From an uncultured Clostridiaceae bacterium (GTDB lineage Bacteria > Bacillota > Clostridia > TANB77 > CAG-465), in assembly GCA_947381905.1 (NCBI GenBank), contig CANCXL010000001.1, positions 41,970 to 105,969 on the forward strand: 64,000 nucleotides of DNA. The letters are read 5' to 3'. A model generated the notes under the pieces. The model did no database searches, was not told the origin of the DNA, and was given only the letters and a program-made list of their open reading frames with translations. Below are positions 38,739 through 49,417 of the stretch, in pieces. Numbering within the stretch: the first letter of the stretch is position 1; each line of letters starts with the position of its first letter. The translations under genes were made by a program, and so were the position numbers.

Positions 38739-39440
38739 ATGAATGATAAAAAAATCTTAATAGTTGATGATGAAAAAGCAATAGTAGATATCTTAAAATT
38801 TAATCTTGAAAAAGAAGGATTTACTACTACTGTAGCATACGATGGAGAAGAGGCTATTAAAATAGCTTTATCTGTAAATCCAGATTTAATATTATTAGAT
38901 TTAATGTTACCTAAAATCGATGGATTTAATGTATGTAAAAAACTTAGAAAAAGTTTAGTTTGTCCAATTATTATGCTTACTGCTAAAGAAGAAGTAGTGG
39001 ACAAGATTATAGGTCTTGAACTTGGCGCAGATGATTATATGACTAAACCATTTAGCATAAGAGAAGTTATTGCTAGGGTTAAAGCTAACTTAAGAAAACA
39101 TACTTTACCAGAAGTAGAAGAAGATAAAAACTACGCTAAAAATAAAATTAAAGTTAAAGATATGATTATTGATCCAGAGAGATATATAGCAATTGTTGCT
39201 GGAAAAACAATTGATTTAACAATAAAAGAATTTGAACTTTTAAAACTATTATCTACAAATCCAAATCAAGTATTTACTAGAGAACAAATATTAAGAGGCG
39301 TTTGGGGATATGACTTTTATGGTGATGCAAGAACTGTTGATGTTACTGTAAGAAGATTAAGAGAAAAAATAGAAAAAAATTCAGCGGAACCACAATATGT
39401 TCAAACTAAAAGAGGAATGGGATACTACGTTTCAATATAA
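38739..39440 (+). CDS. OmpR/PhoB-family response regulator (WalR/YycF-like)
   Basis: Receiver domain (ILIVDDE...D) plus winged-helix C-terminus. ATG at 38739 after GAGGTG. Confidence 0.85.
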   Translation: MNDKKILIVDDEKAIVDILKFNLEKEGFTTTVAYDGEEAIKIALSVNPDLILLDLMLPKIDGFNVCKKLRKSLVCPIIMLTAKEEVVDKIIGLELGADDYMTKPFSIREVIARVKANLRKHTLPEVEEDKNYAKNKIKVKDMIIDPERYIAIVAGKTIDLTIKEFELLKLLSTNPNQVFTREQILRGVWGYDFYGDARTVDVTVRRLREKIEKNSAEPQYVQTKRGMGYYVSI

Positions 39441-39466
39441 TATAGAAAGAGAGCAAGATGTAAATA

Positions 39467-40849
39467 ATGAAATTTTCTATGAAGAAAATTATTAGGGCTA
39501 TGAGTATAATTATGGTAGTTATAGTATATATAACTACCATAATTTTATCCGGTTCAGTAATTGATACTAATAATATAATAAGTAAAAATAATATAATTGT
39601 TTTAGTTGTCTTTATATTACTTGCATATGTTTTGTCAGTAATTATTTCAAATAAGTTTATAGTGCCCTTAAAAAGGGTTGAAAAGGGATTAAAAGCTGTA
39701 AGTGAAGGAAAGTTACCAGATATATCACGAATTAAAAGCACAGAGGAATTTCCAGAATATCAAGAATTAATGAACTCATATGTATCAATGCTAAAGGTTA
39801 TTAAGAAAAATACTTTTGACTTAAATAGTCAAGAAAGTAAAACTGAAATAATACTTGAACATATGGCAGATGGAGTAATGGCTTTTTCTACTACTAAAGA
39901 GATTGTTCATATGAATAAGGCAGCTATGAGGATGTTAAATATTACAGAAGTTGAAGATAATTTTGATTCTATATGTAAAAAGCTAAACCTTGCAGCAGAT
40001 TATAGTAAGATAATGTATTTGCCTAATTATCAAAGTGTAGAAGCAAAATGTGAGATTGGAGATTTAGCATTAAGCGTTGTTTTTGCACCATTTTTTAGTG
40101 ATGAATTAAATCCTTTAGGTGTTATAATGATAATTAGAAATATTACAGATAGTGTTAAAACAGATAATGTTAGAAAAGAATTTGTGGCTAATGTATCACA
40201 CGAGTTAAAGACACCTCTTACATCTATTCGAGGATACTCTGAAACTATTATGAATGGAGACTTAACATATCAAGAAATTATGAGATTTTCTAAAGTAATA
40301 AATCAGGAAGCCAATAGGATGAGTAGAATGGTCTCTGATTTACTACAACTTTCTAGAATGGATTATAATAGAGTAAGCTTTAATCCAGTAACATTAAATA
40401 CAATAGATACACTTAAGAAAATATGTGAAAAAGTAAGATTTGAAGCTGAAGAAAAAGGACACAAACTAGAACTTATTTGTTCAGAAAATACACCTAATAT
40501 ATATGTAGATAAAAGCTCTATTGAACAAATTGTAATTAATATATTAACAAATAGTATAAAATATACTCCAGATAATGGATTAATTAGAATATATGCAGGA
40601 CCAATTGAAAACAGAGTGTATATTAAAGTAATAGATAACGGAATAGGTATTCCACAAAAAGACTTGGATAGAGTATTTGAAAGATTTTATAGAGTAGATA
40701 AAGCTAGATCTAGAAAAATGGGTGGAACAGGACTAGGTCTTTCAATTGTAAAAGAAATGGTAGAAGGAAATAACGGAACTATTGTAATGGATAGTAAACT
40801 TAACGAAGGAACAGAAGTGACTATGACTTTTCCTACTACAAAGGGATAG
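39467..40849 (+). CDS. sensor histidine kinase (TM, PAS-like, HisKA, HATPase_c)
   Basis: H-box SHELKTPLT, and N/G1/G2 boxes (IDNGIGIP, GGTGLGL). Confidence 0.85.
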   Translation: MKFSMKKIIRAMSIIMVVIVYITTIILSGSVIDTNNIISKNNIIVLVVFILLAYVLSVIISNKFIVPLKRVEKGLKAVSEGKLPDISRIKSTEEFPEYQELMNSYVSMLKVIKKNTFDLNSQESKTEIILEHMADGVMAFSTTKEIVHMNKAAMRMLNITEVEDNFDSICKKLNLAADYSKIMYLPNYQSVEAKCEIGDLALSVVFAPFFSDELNPLGVIMIIRNITDSVKTDNVRKEFVANVSHELKTPLTSIRGYSETIMNGDLTYQEIMRFSKVINQEANRMSRMVSDLLQLSRMDYNRVSFNPVTLNTIDTLKKICEKVRFEAEEKGHKLELICSENTPNIYVDKSSIEQIVINILTNSIKYTPDNGLIRIYAGPIENRVYIKVIDNGIGIPQKDLDRVFERFYRVDKARSRKMGGTGLGLSIVKEMVEGNNGTIVMDSKLNEGTEVTMTFPTTKG

Positions 40850-40857
40850 GTATTTTT

Positions 40858-41628
40858 ATGATAATTTATGATACACATGCGCATTATAATGATGAAAAAT
40901 TTGAAAACATTTTAAAGGAAACATTAACAGAAAATAAAAAAGCTGGTGTTGAGAAAATAAATGAAATAGGATATAACGTAGAAAGTTCAATTAAAGCAAT
41001 TGAACTTTCAAATAAATATGAGGGACATTATGCTGTTATTGGAATACATCCTAGCGATGTAGATAAATGTGATGTTAAACAGATTGAAGATGTTTATAAT
41101 AAATATAATAATGGTAAAATTGTAGCAATAGGTGAAATAGGACTTGATTATTACTGGGTAAAAGATAATAAAGAGGCACAAAAAGAACTATTTATTAAGC
41201 AAATAGATTTAGCAAATAAATTGAAATTACCTATAGTAGTACATTCAAGAGATGCATCTTTAGATACATATTTGACTCTTAAAGAGCATCCAGCGTTATA
41301 TGGAACTTTATTACATTGCTTTTCTCCTACAGAAGATTTAGTAAGACTTGTAATAGAGAACAATTATATGGTAGCATTTGGCGGAAATATAACATATAAT
41401 AGGGCTAAATCTTTCCAAAAGTATATGGATATGATACCTATAGAACAAATTGTTGTAGAGACAGATTCACCATATCTTCCGCCAGAACCATTAAGGGGAA
41501 CAATAAATAGTTCAAAAAATCTTCCTATTATTATAAATAAACTTGCAGAATATAAACATATGAATGTGGAAGATGTGGAAAAAATAGTATACCGAAATTC
41601 GCTTGAATTTTTCAATATTAAAGAGTAA
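40858..41628 (+). CDS. tatD: TatD family deoxyribonuclease/hydrolase
   Basis: IYDTHAHY start and conserved His/Glu/Asp metal ligands. Confidence 0.8.
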   Translation: MIIYDTHAHYNDEKFENILKETLTENKKAGVEKINEIGYNVESSIKAIELSNKYEGHYAVIGIHPSDVDKCDVKQIEDVYNKYNNGKIVAIGEIGLDYYWVKDNKEAQKELFIKQIDLANKLKLPIVVHSRDASLDTYLTLKEHPALYGTLLHCFSPTEDLVRLVIENNYMVAFGGNITYNRAKSFQKYMDMIPIEQIVVETDSPYLPPEPLRGTINSSKNLPIIINKLAEYKHMNVEDVEKIVYRNSLEFFNIKE

Positions 41629-41652
41629 GATTTAACTTACTCTTTTTTTCAT

Positions 41653-42129
41653 TTAAAAAATTGTTCTAAAATATAAATAAAAGTTAGATAAAATTAAATA
41701 GGTTAGAATTGCTATATGATAGTAGCAGAAAGTGCTTTTAAAGTATATACGAGATAATATAAAATCTATTATTATAGCCATAAGTAGAAGCCAGAATGAA
41801 AAAATAATATTTGCAACTTTAAAAAATAATATAGAAGATAAAATACATGATAATAATATTAATAGATACAGAAGAAGTATTATAGATATATTATTTGAAG
41901 AAGCAAGCTTATTTGTGTATATACATACATCTACACCAAGTATTATATAGAATATAGGATAAAGTATTTTAAATATAGTATAATTTCTTGTAATTTCATG
42001 TATTTCTATTTTTAAATTATTTATATTTAACGTTATAAGAATGCTTAGTATAATAGATAGTATTGTAAATGCTAACACTAAGTAGAATACTTTTGCATTG
42101 TAGCTTATTCTTTGCAATTTAATCACCAA
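41653..42129 (-). CDS. hypothetical integral membrane protein
   Basis: Four or five hydrophobic helices. No motif recognised. Confidence 0.45.
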   Translation of the reverse strand: MVIKLQRISYNAKVFYLVLAFTILSIILSILITLNINNLKIEIHEITRNYTIFKILYPIFYIILGVDVCIYTNKLASSNNISIILLLYLLILLSCILSSILFFKVANIIFSFWLLLMAIIIDFILSRIYFKSTFCYYHIAILTYLILSNFYLYFRTIF

Positions 42130-42167
42130 TAATATTATGGGTAAAAAAATAGAGTAATATAAAAATA

Positions 42168-42677
42168 TTACTCTATATATCCAATGTATGGTAAATTTCT
42201 GTATAATTCATCATAATCTAGTCCATAGCCAACAACAAATTTATCTGGTATTTCAAAACATGTATAATCAGGTTCTAAATCAAATTCTCGTCTTTCTTTC
42301 TTATCTAAAAGAGTACATATTTTTAGCTTTTTAGGATTTTTATTTAATAAGTATTCTTTTAAATAAGTAAGAGTTCTTCCTGTATCAATAATATCTTCAA
42401 CAATTAGTACATTTTTATTAGTTATATCAGTTGAAAGGTCTAGTTTTAAGTTTATTTTTCCTGTGCTTTGTGTTCCTTCATAGCTTGATACTTTCATGAA
42501 ATCTAAAATAACATTAGATGGTATTCTTTTAGCAAGATCTGCTGTAAAGAATAAAGAACCTTTAAGTATACATATTAGTATAATTTCCTCATTATTAAAA
42601 TCTTTTGTTATGGTTTTTGCAATTTCTTTTATACGGTCCTGGATTTTTATTTCATCAATTAAAGTTTTAATTTCCAT
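42168..42677 (-). CDS. hpt: hypoxanthine phosphoribosyltransferase
   Basis: PRPP-binding motif VLIVEDIIDTGRTL. Start at MEIKTL with RBS AGGAGGAA. Confidence 0.85.
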   Translation of the reverse strand: MEIKTLIDEIKIQDRIKEIAKTITKDFNNEEIILICILKGSLFFTADLAKRIPSNVILDFMKVSSYEGTQSTGKINLKLDLSTDITNKNVLIVEDIIDTGRTLTYLKEYLLNKNPKKLKICTLLDKKERREFDLEPDYTCFEIPDKFVVGYGLDYDELYRNLPYIGYIE

Positions 42678-42843
42678 AAAAAATTCCTCCTTATGTGTAG
42701 GATTATAACATATTTTGTCCTCAGATACAATATATTTTAAATAAATAGAAAAGTTGACATAACCATAAATGAGTGGTATAATTATAATAGACATTTTATG
42801 GAGATTAAATTAATTTAATTAAAGAAATTGGGAGGTGTGCGAA

Positions 42844-43734
42844 ATGAAGGATAAATTATCCAAAAGCATTTGGGTTTTGATCTGGATCATAGCTATAGCT
42901 GTATTGACTTATTTTTTTGTCTTTTACAGACTAGCAGATTCTCAAAAGGTGGAGCCTATTGATGAATCACAATATAGTGTTTATACAGGAAGAAACGTTT
43001 ATGAGTATTGGAGAGGAACTTTACCAGAAAATCAACAACAACTCTATGACGAATTAAAAGAGGCATATTTACAGTTCTTGCCTACTTTCTCAACACAAGT
43101 TGAGGGAAAAATCACTGTAAAACAAATGAGCGATGTGTATACAGCATTATATCAAGATCATCCCGAAATATTTTGGATGGATTCTTATCAAGCTGTTTCC
43201 ACATTGACAGATAATATTAATAAACACAAAAAAATCGAATTATATTATGCTTATACAGAAGCAGAATCTAAGGAGATAAAGTCGAGACTAGAAAAGAATT
43301 ATCTTAAAATCATTGAAGAAGCTAGAGAGCAAACTACTGATTTTAAGAAAATAAAATTAGTTCATGATAGGCTAATACAAACTACTACATATACAAAATA
43401 TGGTAAAGATGAAGTACATGAATATCAATCTATTGTAGAAATATTTGATACCGGAAATACTGTATGTGCAGGTTATAGTTTTGCATTTAAGTTTATAATG
43501 GACGAGTTAGGTATCGATTCTATTGTGTCAAGAGATGTATCTCATGCAAATAAGAGCAATAATCATAGTTGGAACATGGTTAAACTTAGCGGAACATGGT
43601 ATAATCTAGATATAACATGGGATGGTGAGAAATCTAAAGACGATGTTATTGCATACAATTATTTTCTTGAGAAAAATGATTCATTTTACAGAACCCATAA
43701 AATGCAGGAAGGAATTCCTACGAACGAAGAGTGA
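42844..43734 (+). CDS. transglutaminase-like superfamily protein, membrane-anchored
   Basis: N-terminal TM helix and a Cys-His-Asp core (VCAGYS ... HSWN ... DIT). Confidence 0.6.
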   Translation: MKDKLSKSIWVLIWIIAIAVLTYFFVFYRLADSQKVEPIDESQYSVYTGRNVYEYWRGTLPENQQQLYDELKEAYLQFLPTFSTQVEGKITVKQMSDVYTALYQDHPEIFWMDSYQAVSTLTDNINKHKKIELYYAYTEAESKEIKSRLEKNYLKIIEEAREQTTDFKKIKLVHDRLIQTTTYTKYGKDEVHEYQSIVEIFDTGNTVCAGYSFAFKFIMDELGIDSIVSRDVSHANKSNNHSWNMVKLSGTWYNLDITWDGEKSKDDVIAYNYFLEKNDSFYRTHKMQEGIPTNEE

Positions 43735-43830
43735 TTAATTTCACTCTTCTTTATTTTGTTAGATTACATAACTTTACTTTAATCGTAAATTATGGTATAA
43801 TATATACATGCGTGATTGGAGGATACTTTA

Positions 43831-44124
43831 ATGGAAGATGTAAAAATAAATGTACTTTTAAATGAAGAAAAATATGAAGATGCAATTGACTTAATGAAAG
43901 ATAAGTATGTAGAGCTATTTGAAGATATGCTAAATAAAAAGAATGTTGAAATACCAAAAAATCAAGATTTTTATTGTTATACTACAAGAATAATGAGTGA
44001 ATATCCAAAATTCATTAATCATATAGATATGTTAAGAAAAGGAATGATAAGCAAAGATTTTAGTTATTTAGATGAAATAGAGCTTTTGAAAAATACATAT
44101 AATTATTTAAAAGTAAATTATTAG
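43831..44124 (+). CDS. small hypothetical protein (98 aa)
   Basis: ATG sits 7 nt after GGAGGA. Followed by a terminator hairpin at 44124-44153. Confidence 0.45.
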   Translation: MEDVKINVLLNEEKYEDAIDLMKDKYVELFEDMLNKKNVEIPKNQDFYCYTTRIMSEYPKFINHIDMLRKGMISKDFSYLDEIELLKNTYNYLKVNY

Positions 44125-44224
44125 AGCTATGAGAGACATAGCTCTTTTTTCGTTCTATTTTTTCTTTATTTTTCTTGCAATATGGTGTATAATATACGAG
44201 AAATAAAAAGGAGAGATAAATAAA

Positions 44225-45409
44225 ATGGCAAATAAAATTGTTCCAATAACATTACTTACTGGATATTTAGGTTCAGGAAAAACAACATTAATAAATCATA
44301 TATTAAATAATCAAGAAGGCTATAAAGTAGCAGTAATAGTAAATGATATAGGTGAAGTAAATATTGACGCAGACCTAATTGCAAAAGGTGGAGTAGTAAA
44401 TCAGACAGATGATAGTTTAGTACCTTTAACAAATGGTTGTATATGTTGTACATTAAAAGTTGATTTAATGCAACAGATTGTAGATTTAATAAAGACACAA
44501 CAATTTGACTATATTTTAATTGAAGCTTCAGGGATATGTGAGCCAATTCCTATTGCTCAAACTATCACAGTGCTTTCTGAGTCTACAGCTCAATATGGAT
44601 TACCAAAAATCTGTAGATTAGATAATGTAGTATCTGTTGTTGATGCATTAAGACTTGCAACTGAGTTTGGATGTGGAGATAATCTGGTAAAAGAAAATAT
44701 AGACGATGAAGACATAGAAAATCTATTAATTCAACAAATTGAGTTTTGCAATACAATTATTCTTAATAAAATAGATGAAGTATCTAAAGAAGAACTTGAA
44801 AAAGTAAGAAGAATAATTAAGGTGTTACAACCTAATGCTCAAATAATTGAAACTAATTTTGGAAAAGTAGATACAGATAAAATATTAAATACTAACCTTT
44901 TTGATTTTGGCAAAGCTTCAGTAAGTGCTGGATGGGTTGCAGAATTAGAGAGTGATGTTGAAGAAGAACATGATGAACATCATCATGAAGAAAATCATGA
45001 ACATGGACATCATCATCACCATGACGAAAGTGAAACTGAAGAATATGGAATCAGCTCTTTTGTATATTATAGAAGAAAACCTTTTAGAGTAAAAAGATTT
45101 GAAGCGTTTTTGGATGAGTTTCCAAAGAGTGTAATTAGAGCAAAAGGATTGATTTGGCTTAGTGATGACGATTACATGTCATATTGCTTTGAACAAGCCG
45201 GAAAACAAAAAACTATATCTGAGGCTGGACAATGGATAGCTTCTGCACCTAAAAAAGAAATAGAGAAAATATTAATGTATAATCCAGATATAGAAAAGAT
45301 ATGGGATGTAGAGTATGGTGACAGAATGAATAAAATTGTATTTATTGGAAAAGATATGAATAAAGAGGAAATTATAAAAAAATTAGATGAATGTTTAGCA
45401 GATTTTTAA
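44225..45409 (+). CDS. CobW/COG0523-family GTPase (zinc-metallochaperone type) with His-rich insert
   Basis: P-loop GYLGSGKTT and a CxCC motif (GCICC). His-rich stretch HDEHHHEENHEHGHHHHHDE. Confidence 0.8.
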   Translation: MANKIVPITLLTGYLGSGKTTLINHILNNQEGYKVAVIVNDIGEVNIDADLIAKGGVVNQTDDSLVPLTNGCICCTLKVDLMQQIVDLIKTQQFDYILIEASGICEPIPIAQTITVLSESTAQYGLPKICRLDNVVSVVDALRLATEFGCGDNLVKENIDDEDIENLLIQQIEFCNTIILNKIDEVSKEELEKVRRIIKVLQPNAQIIETNFGKVDTDKILNTNLFDFGKASVSAGWVAELESDVEEEHDEHHHEENHEHGHHHHHDESETEEYGISSFVYYRRKPFRVKRFEAFLDEFPKSVIRAKGLIWLSDDDYMSYCFEQAGKQKTISEAGQWIASAPKKEIEKILMYNPDIEKIWDVEYGDRMNKIVFIGKDMNKEEIIKKLDECLADF

Positions 45410-45435
45410 GTAAAAAAGAAGAGTAGAAATTTTTT

Positions 45436-46695
45436 CTACTCTTCTTCACATTCACAAGGAATTCTTCCAAGGCATGTATTATCTTCTTTACGATTTCTTA
45501 AAACTTTAATTGGGTTTGGAGCTTTTTCGTATCTATAGTCTGTAGATAATCTATAGATAGTTTTACAAATTACATTATGGCTAGGAACACAGTCTACATC
45601 ATTGTTAACTATTGCTTGATATTTGAAAAAGTCACTATCTGCAGGTAGCATATTTACAGGGCAATAATCTTCTTTTGTAGAAGTTAAACATACTGTATTT
45701 TTTAATATATCTCTTACATATTCTACATTTGGACCAAGATTTAAAAGCTCAGGGAAAGTACCATCATTTCCTATTACACAACTCCAATGTTTTCCTTCAT
45801 ATTCTTCAAGAAGTTTAGATGCTACTTTTAAATTTGCTACTTCTTGATAGAAGCACTCTTTCCATACACATTTTACTTGTGGATCACATTCATCTTCAAG
45901 ACAAGAATAATATAGATAACAAGCTGTATACATATGCATTACTAGTTTTTCTAGATTTGTCATAGATGCGTTTAAAAGACTACCATAGTGTGTTACATGA
46001 TCTTCTTCAACCATTCCAATTTCTTGATATAATCTTCTTCCTAAATCTGATGGATATAAATTGCATACATTCATATAGAAATTCATAGTTTGTTGCTCTG
46101 CTGCAGTAATAATATTACAATGAAGTTTAGTAATAGTTGATACGTTATCACTATTAAACCTTCTTATTGTATCTACAGGACACCTATGATGTGCAATAGT
46201 AGGTCTTGCAGGCATTATTTCAGTATATCTACCAACAAGATATTCTGCATCTTGACCATATTCTAATTTCATTAAATTTGAATATCTATACAAATGGTCA
46301 AAGTCTTCAAGAAGAGCAAAATCTAGGGCAGCTTTTACATATTGATCTGGTTCCTTTTGAGCCATTCTTGCAGTTAAATCTACTGCTAGCAATTCATATA
46401 TTATAGTTTCCTCTAGAATATTTTCATTTATAGGTTTTAAACATTGTACTTTCTTTTGTTGTTGTTGCTCAATTCGTCTAAGCTTTGCAAGTTCTCTTCT
46501 TAGGTTGTTATCTGTACAGCTTCTGCTAAAATTGTGTAAGAAAAATACTTGCTCTGTTTCGCAGCCATTCATTAAAATTACACGTGTTTTAGTGTAAGGA
46601 CTTGTTTTATTTTTATCATATGCACAAGGATAAATTTCCTTCCAATTTAAATATTTTTGACCAGTAATGGGTGAATCGAATGTAAATGGATTCAT
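45436..46695 (-). CDS. hypothetical ferritin-like diiron-carboxylate-type protein with Cys-rich C-terminus (tentative)
   Basis: Several E...ExxH-like helix motifs (ELLAVDLTA, EDFDH, EEDH). Many Cys residues, including C-terminal CLGRIPCECEEE. Confidence 0.35.
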   Translation of the reverse strand: MNPFTFDSPITGQKYLNWKEIYPCAYDKNKTSPYTKTRVILMNGCETEQVFFLHNFSRSCTDNNLRRELAKLRRIEQQQQKKVQCLKPINENILEETIIYELLAVDLTARMAQKEPDQYVKAALDFALLEDFDHLYRYSNLMKLEYGQDAEYLVGRYTEIMPARPTIAHHRCPVDTIRRFNSDNVSTITKLHCNIITAAEQQTMNFYMNVCNLYPSDLGRRLYQEIGMVEEDHVTHYGSLLNASMTNLEKLVMHMYTACYLYYSCLEDECDPQVKCVWKECFYQEVANLKVASKLLEEYEGKHWSCVIGNDGTFPELLNLGPNVEYVRDILKNTVCLTSTKEDYCPVNMLPADSDFFKYQAIVNNDVDCVPSHNVICKTIYRLSTDYRYEKAPNPIKVLRNRKEDNTCLGRIPCECEEE

Positions 46696-46796
46696 TTTAA
46701 ACCTCCTTATATAGTTATTATATATGTATATTTATACTAAAAAATGATTAATAATATTTAAAATAGCTTGTATATATGATATAACAATAGAGAGGT

Positions 46797-47435
46797 ATGC
46801 CTATGAATTATTATGAAATATTAGAAGTTAGTGTTAATGCATCAAAGGAAGTTATAAAAAATGCATATAGAGCTTTAAGCAAAAAGTATCACCCAGATTC
46901 GTATAACGGAAATAAAGAATATGCTCAAAATAAGATGAAAGATATTAATACTGCTTATGAAACTCTTATAGATGATAATAAAAGACTACTATATGATTAT
47001 GATAATGGATTTAAGATTAATCCAGACGAACCTATTGAAGATGTGAATATTAATAAAGAGAAAAAAGAAGATTATAATAAAAATAATCAAAGTCTAAATA
47101 ACAAAGTAAGTAAATCAAAGATTAATAGTAAAATAATTATAATTGGAGGGATAATAACTGTAGTAATATTATTTTTTATAGCTTTTTATGTGGGAGGCAT
47201 TATTGCAGGAGATAATAACAAAGTAAATAAGGAAGATGATAACACATATATTGAGCAAAAAGAAGATAATGTAAAAAAGAAAGAAAACTATAATAACGTG
47301 AATACTAATAATGAAAATAAGGTGCCAAATATTAAAAATGAAGAGGAACCTATAAATGTAGATGAAAAAGAAGAAGAAAAAAACAATATTATTGTAAATG
47401 ATAATGAAAATGAATTAATAAATGGAGAGTCATAA
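46797..47435 (+). CDS. J-domain protein with a TM segment and Lys/Asn/Glu-rich low-complexity C-terminus
   Basis: J domain YYEILEV...KYHPD. TM helix [24 protein letters not shown]. Confidence 0.65.
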   Translation: MPMNYYEILEVSVNASKEVIKNAYRALSKKYHPDSYNGNKEYAQNKMKDINTAYETLIDDNKRLLYDYDNGFKINPDEPIEDVNINKEKKEDYNKNNQSLNNKVSKSKINSKIIIIGGIITVVILFFIAFYVGGIIAGDNNKVNKEDDNTYIEQKEDNVKKKENYNNVNTNNENKVPNIKNEEEPINVDEKEEEKNNIIVNDNENELINGES

Positions 47436-47491
47436 AAGAAGCCTATAAAATAGGCTTCTTTTTAATATTTAGAATTATATCTAATTATTAT

Positions 47492-48016
47492 TTATACTTT
47501 ATAGTGTATTGGTTCTGGAAACTTGACACCATGAGTGTCTACAGACACAGATTTCATTCTTTGATCATCTAATGGTCTATCTGATGAATCTGTTGGAACA
47601 TTTGCAATTTTATCTACAATATCCATTCCTTCTATTACTTTTCCAAAAGCTGCATATGATCCATCAAGACTTGGAGCATCTTTATGCATTATAAAAAATT
47701 GAGATCCTGCTGAATTTGGCATCATAGATCTTGCCATAGAAAGTACACCAGCTTCATGTTTTAAATCATTTTTAAATCCATTTCTTGAAAATTCGCCTTT
47801 AATTGAATATCCTGGACCACCAGTTCCTATTCCATTTGGATCTCCTCCTTGAATCATAAAGCCTGAGATTACTCTATGAAAAATTAAATCATCATAAAAT
47901 CCTTTATTTACTAAAGATATAAAATTATTAACAGTATTAGGAGCTATTGCAGGATATAGTTCTGCACGTATTATATCTCCATTTTCCATTTCTATTGTTA
48001 CTATTGGATTTGACAT
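47492..48016 (-). CDS. peptidyl-prolyl cis-trans isomerase, cyclophilin type
   Basis: Cyclophilin motifs (FHRVISGFMIQGGD, GVLSMARS...SAGSQFFI). Confidence 0.85.
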   Translation of the reverse strand: MSNPIVTIEMENGDIIRAELYPAIAPNTVNNFISLVNKGFYDDLIFHRVISGFMIQGGDPNGIGTGGPGYSIKGEFSRNGFKNDLKHEAGVLSMARSMMPNSAGSQFFIMHKDAPSLDGSYAAFGKVIEGMDIVDKIANVPTDSSDRPLDDQRMKSVSVDTHGVKFPEPIHYKV

Positions 48017-48067
48017 GTGTATTCTCCTTTCAAAGTCTATTATATTATATCATAAAATATATAAATC

Positions 48068-48589
48068 TTAAAGTGTATAATGTACAGTCTCTGTACATAT
48101 TGGCTTATCTATACCAGTAAGAGCATTGATAATCATACCATGTGTTACAACTATTACTTTAGAGTAATTAGTATAATTTTTTAATACATTATTTACTCTA
48201 GTAATTATTTCTTCTTTTTCTTCAAAGTTATCTTCTGGATATGTGTTTTTTCCATTATTTTCTTCGTAATGTTTTCTCCATTCTACTACTTTTGAGTATT
48301 CATCATACATATATGTTTTATCTGGAATCCATTCCATTAAATCTATTTCTACTTTAAAAGGGATATTTAACTCTTTAGACATTATTGCTGCAGTTTGTAA
48401 TGTTCTTGTATATGGAGAAACTAAAATTAAGTCAGCATCTTTAAGAAAATCTTTTTCACATACTTTTTGAGCTTCATTTTCTCCTTCTTTTGTAATTGGT
48501 GCAAGGTCATTTCCAAACGCTCTATAATGTCGTTTGTCTATTATTGAATAGTCTGGAGTTGCATGTCTTACTAAAATAAAATCTGTCAT
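48068..48589 (-). CDS. histidine phosphatase (phosphoglycerate mutase-like) family protein
   Basis: RHATPDYS (RHG-type catalytic motif). Start at MTDF with RBS GAGGTGA. Confidence 0.7.
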   Translation of the reverse strand: MTDFILVRHATPDYSIIDKRHYRAFGNDLAPITKEGENEAQKVCEKDFLKDADLILVSPYTRTLQTAAIMSKELNIPFKVEIDLMEWIPDKTYMYDEYSKVVEWRKHYEENNGKNTYPEDNFEEKEEIITRVNNVLKNYTNYSKVIVVTHGMIINALTGIDKPICTETVHYTL

Positions 48590-48709
48590 TATACTCACCT
48601 CAAAAATACTATATCATAAAAGATAGAAAATGTACATATACAATAATCTGTATATTTAAATTGGCTAAATTTATGATATAATACTTATTATGAATAATTG
48701 GAGGAAATT

Positions 48710-49411
48710 ATGGCATATATTGAGTTTAAAGATGTAGTTAAAAAATACAAAATGGGAGAAATGGAAATTAATGCATTAAATAATACATCATTTGAAATCG
48801 AAAAAGGAGAGCTTGTAGTAATTGTTGGAGCAAGTGGAGCTGGAAAAACAACTGCATTAAATATTTTAGGTGGAATGGATAGTGCAACAAGTGGAAAAGT
48901 TTTAGTAGCGGGGAAAGAAATTACAAAACTTCGTGGAAAAGAGCTTATAAAGTATAGAAGAGATGATATAGGTTTTGTATTTCAATTTTATAATTTAGTT
49001 CAAAACTTAACTGCAATAGAAAATGTTGAACTTGCAACTCAAATTTGTGATGACTCATTAGAGCCATATGATGTGATGAATAAAGTAGGACTAAAGGATA
49101 GAGTAAATAACTTTCCATCTCAACTTTCAGGTGGAGAGCAACAACGTGTAGCAATAGCACGTGCAATTGCTAAAAATCCTAAACTGCTACTTTGCGATGA
49201 GCCGACAGGTGCTTTAGACTATAACACTGGAAAGCAAATATTAAAGCTGCTTCAAGATACATCAAGAAAAGAAAATATGACTGTAGTTATAATTACACAT
49301 AATCAAGCAATAACACCTATGGCAGATAAAATAATACAATTTAAAAATGGTAAGGCAATAGAGGTTAGAAAAAATGATAATGTTATACCAATAGAAGAAA
49401 TTGAATGGTAG
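48710..49411 (+). CDS. ABC transporter ATP-binding protein (MacB/LolD-like)
   Basis: Walker [10 protein letters not shown], signature LSGGEQQR, Walker [13 protein letters not shown]. Confidence 0.85.
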   Translation: MAYIEFKDVVKKYKMGEMEINALNNTSFEIEKGELVVIVGASGAGKTTALNILGGMDSATSGKVLVAGKEITKLRGKELIKYRRDDIGFVFQFYNLVQNLTAIENVELATQICDDSLEPYDVMNKVGLKDRVNNFPSQLSGGEQQRVAIARAIAKNPKLLLCDEPTGALDYNTGKQILKLLQDTSRKENMTVVIITHNQAITPMADKIIQFKNGKAIEVRKNDNVIPIEEIEW

Positions 49412-49417
49412 GTAATT

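Noticed and set aside
44160-44224. Possible Zur box (GTGTATAATATACGAG) upstream of the COG0523 GTPase
   Set aside because: The sequence is only an imperfect palindrome and overlaps the -10 region. It does not match the Firmicutes Zur consensus (TCGTAAT-N-ATTACGA) well enough to call.
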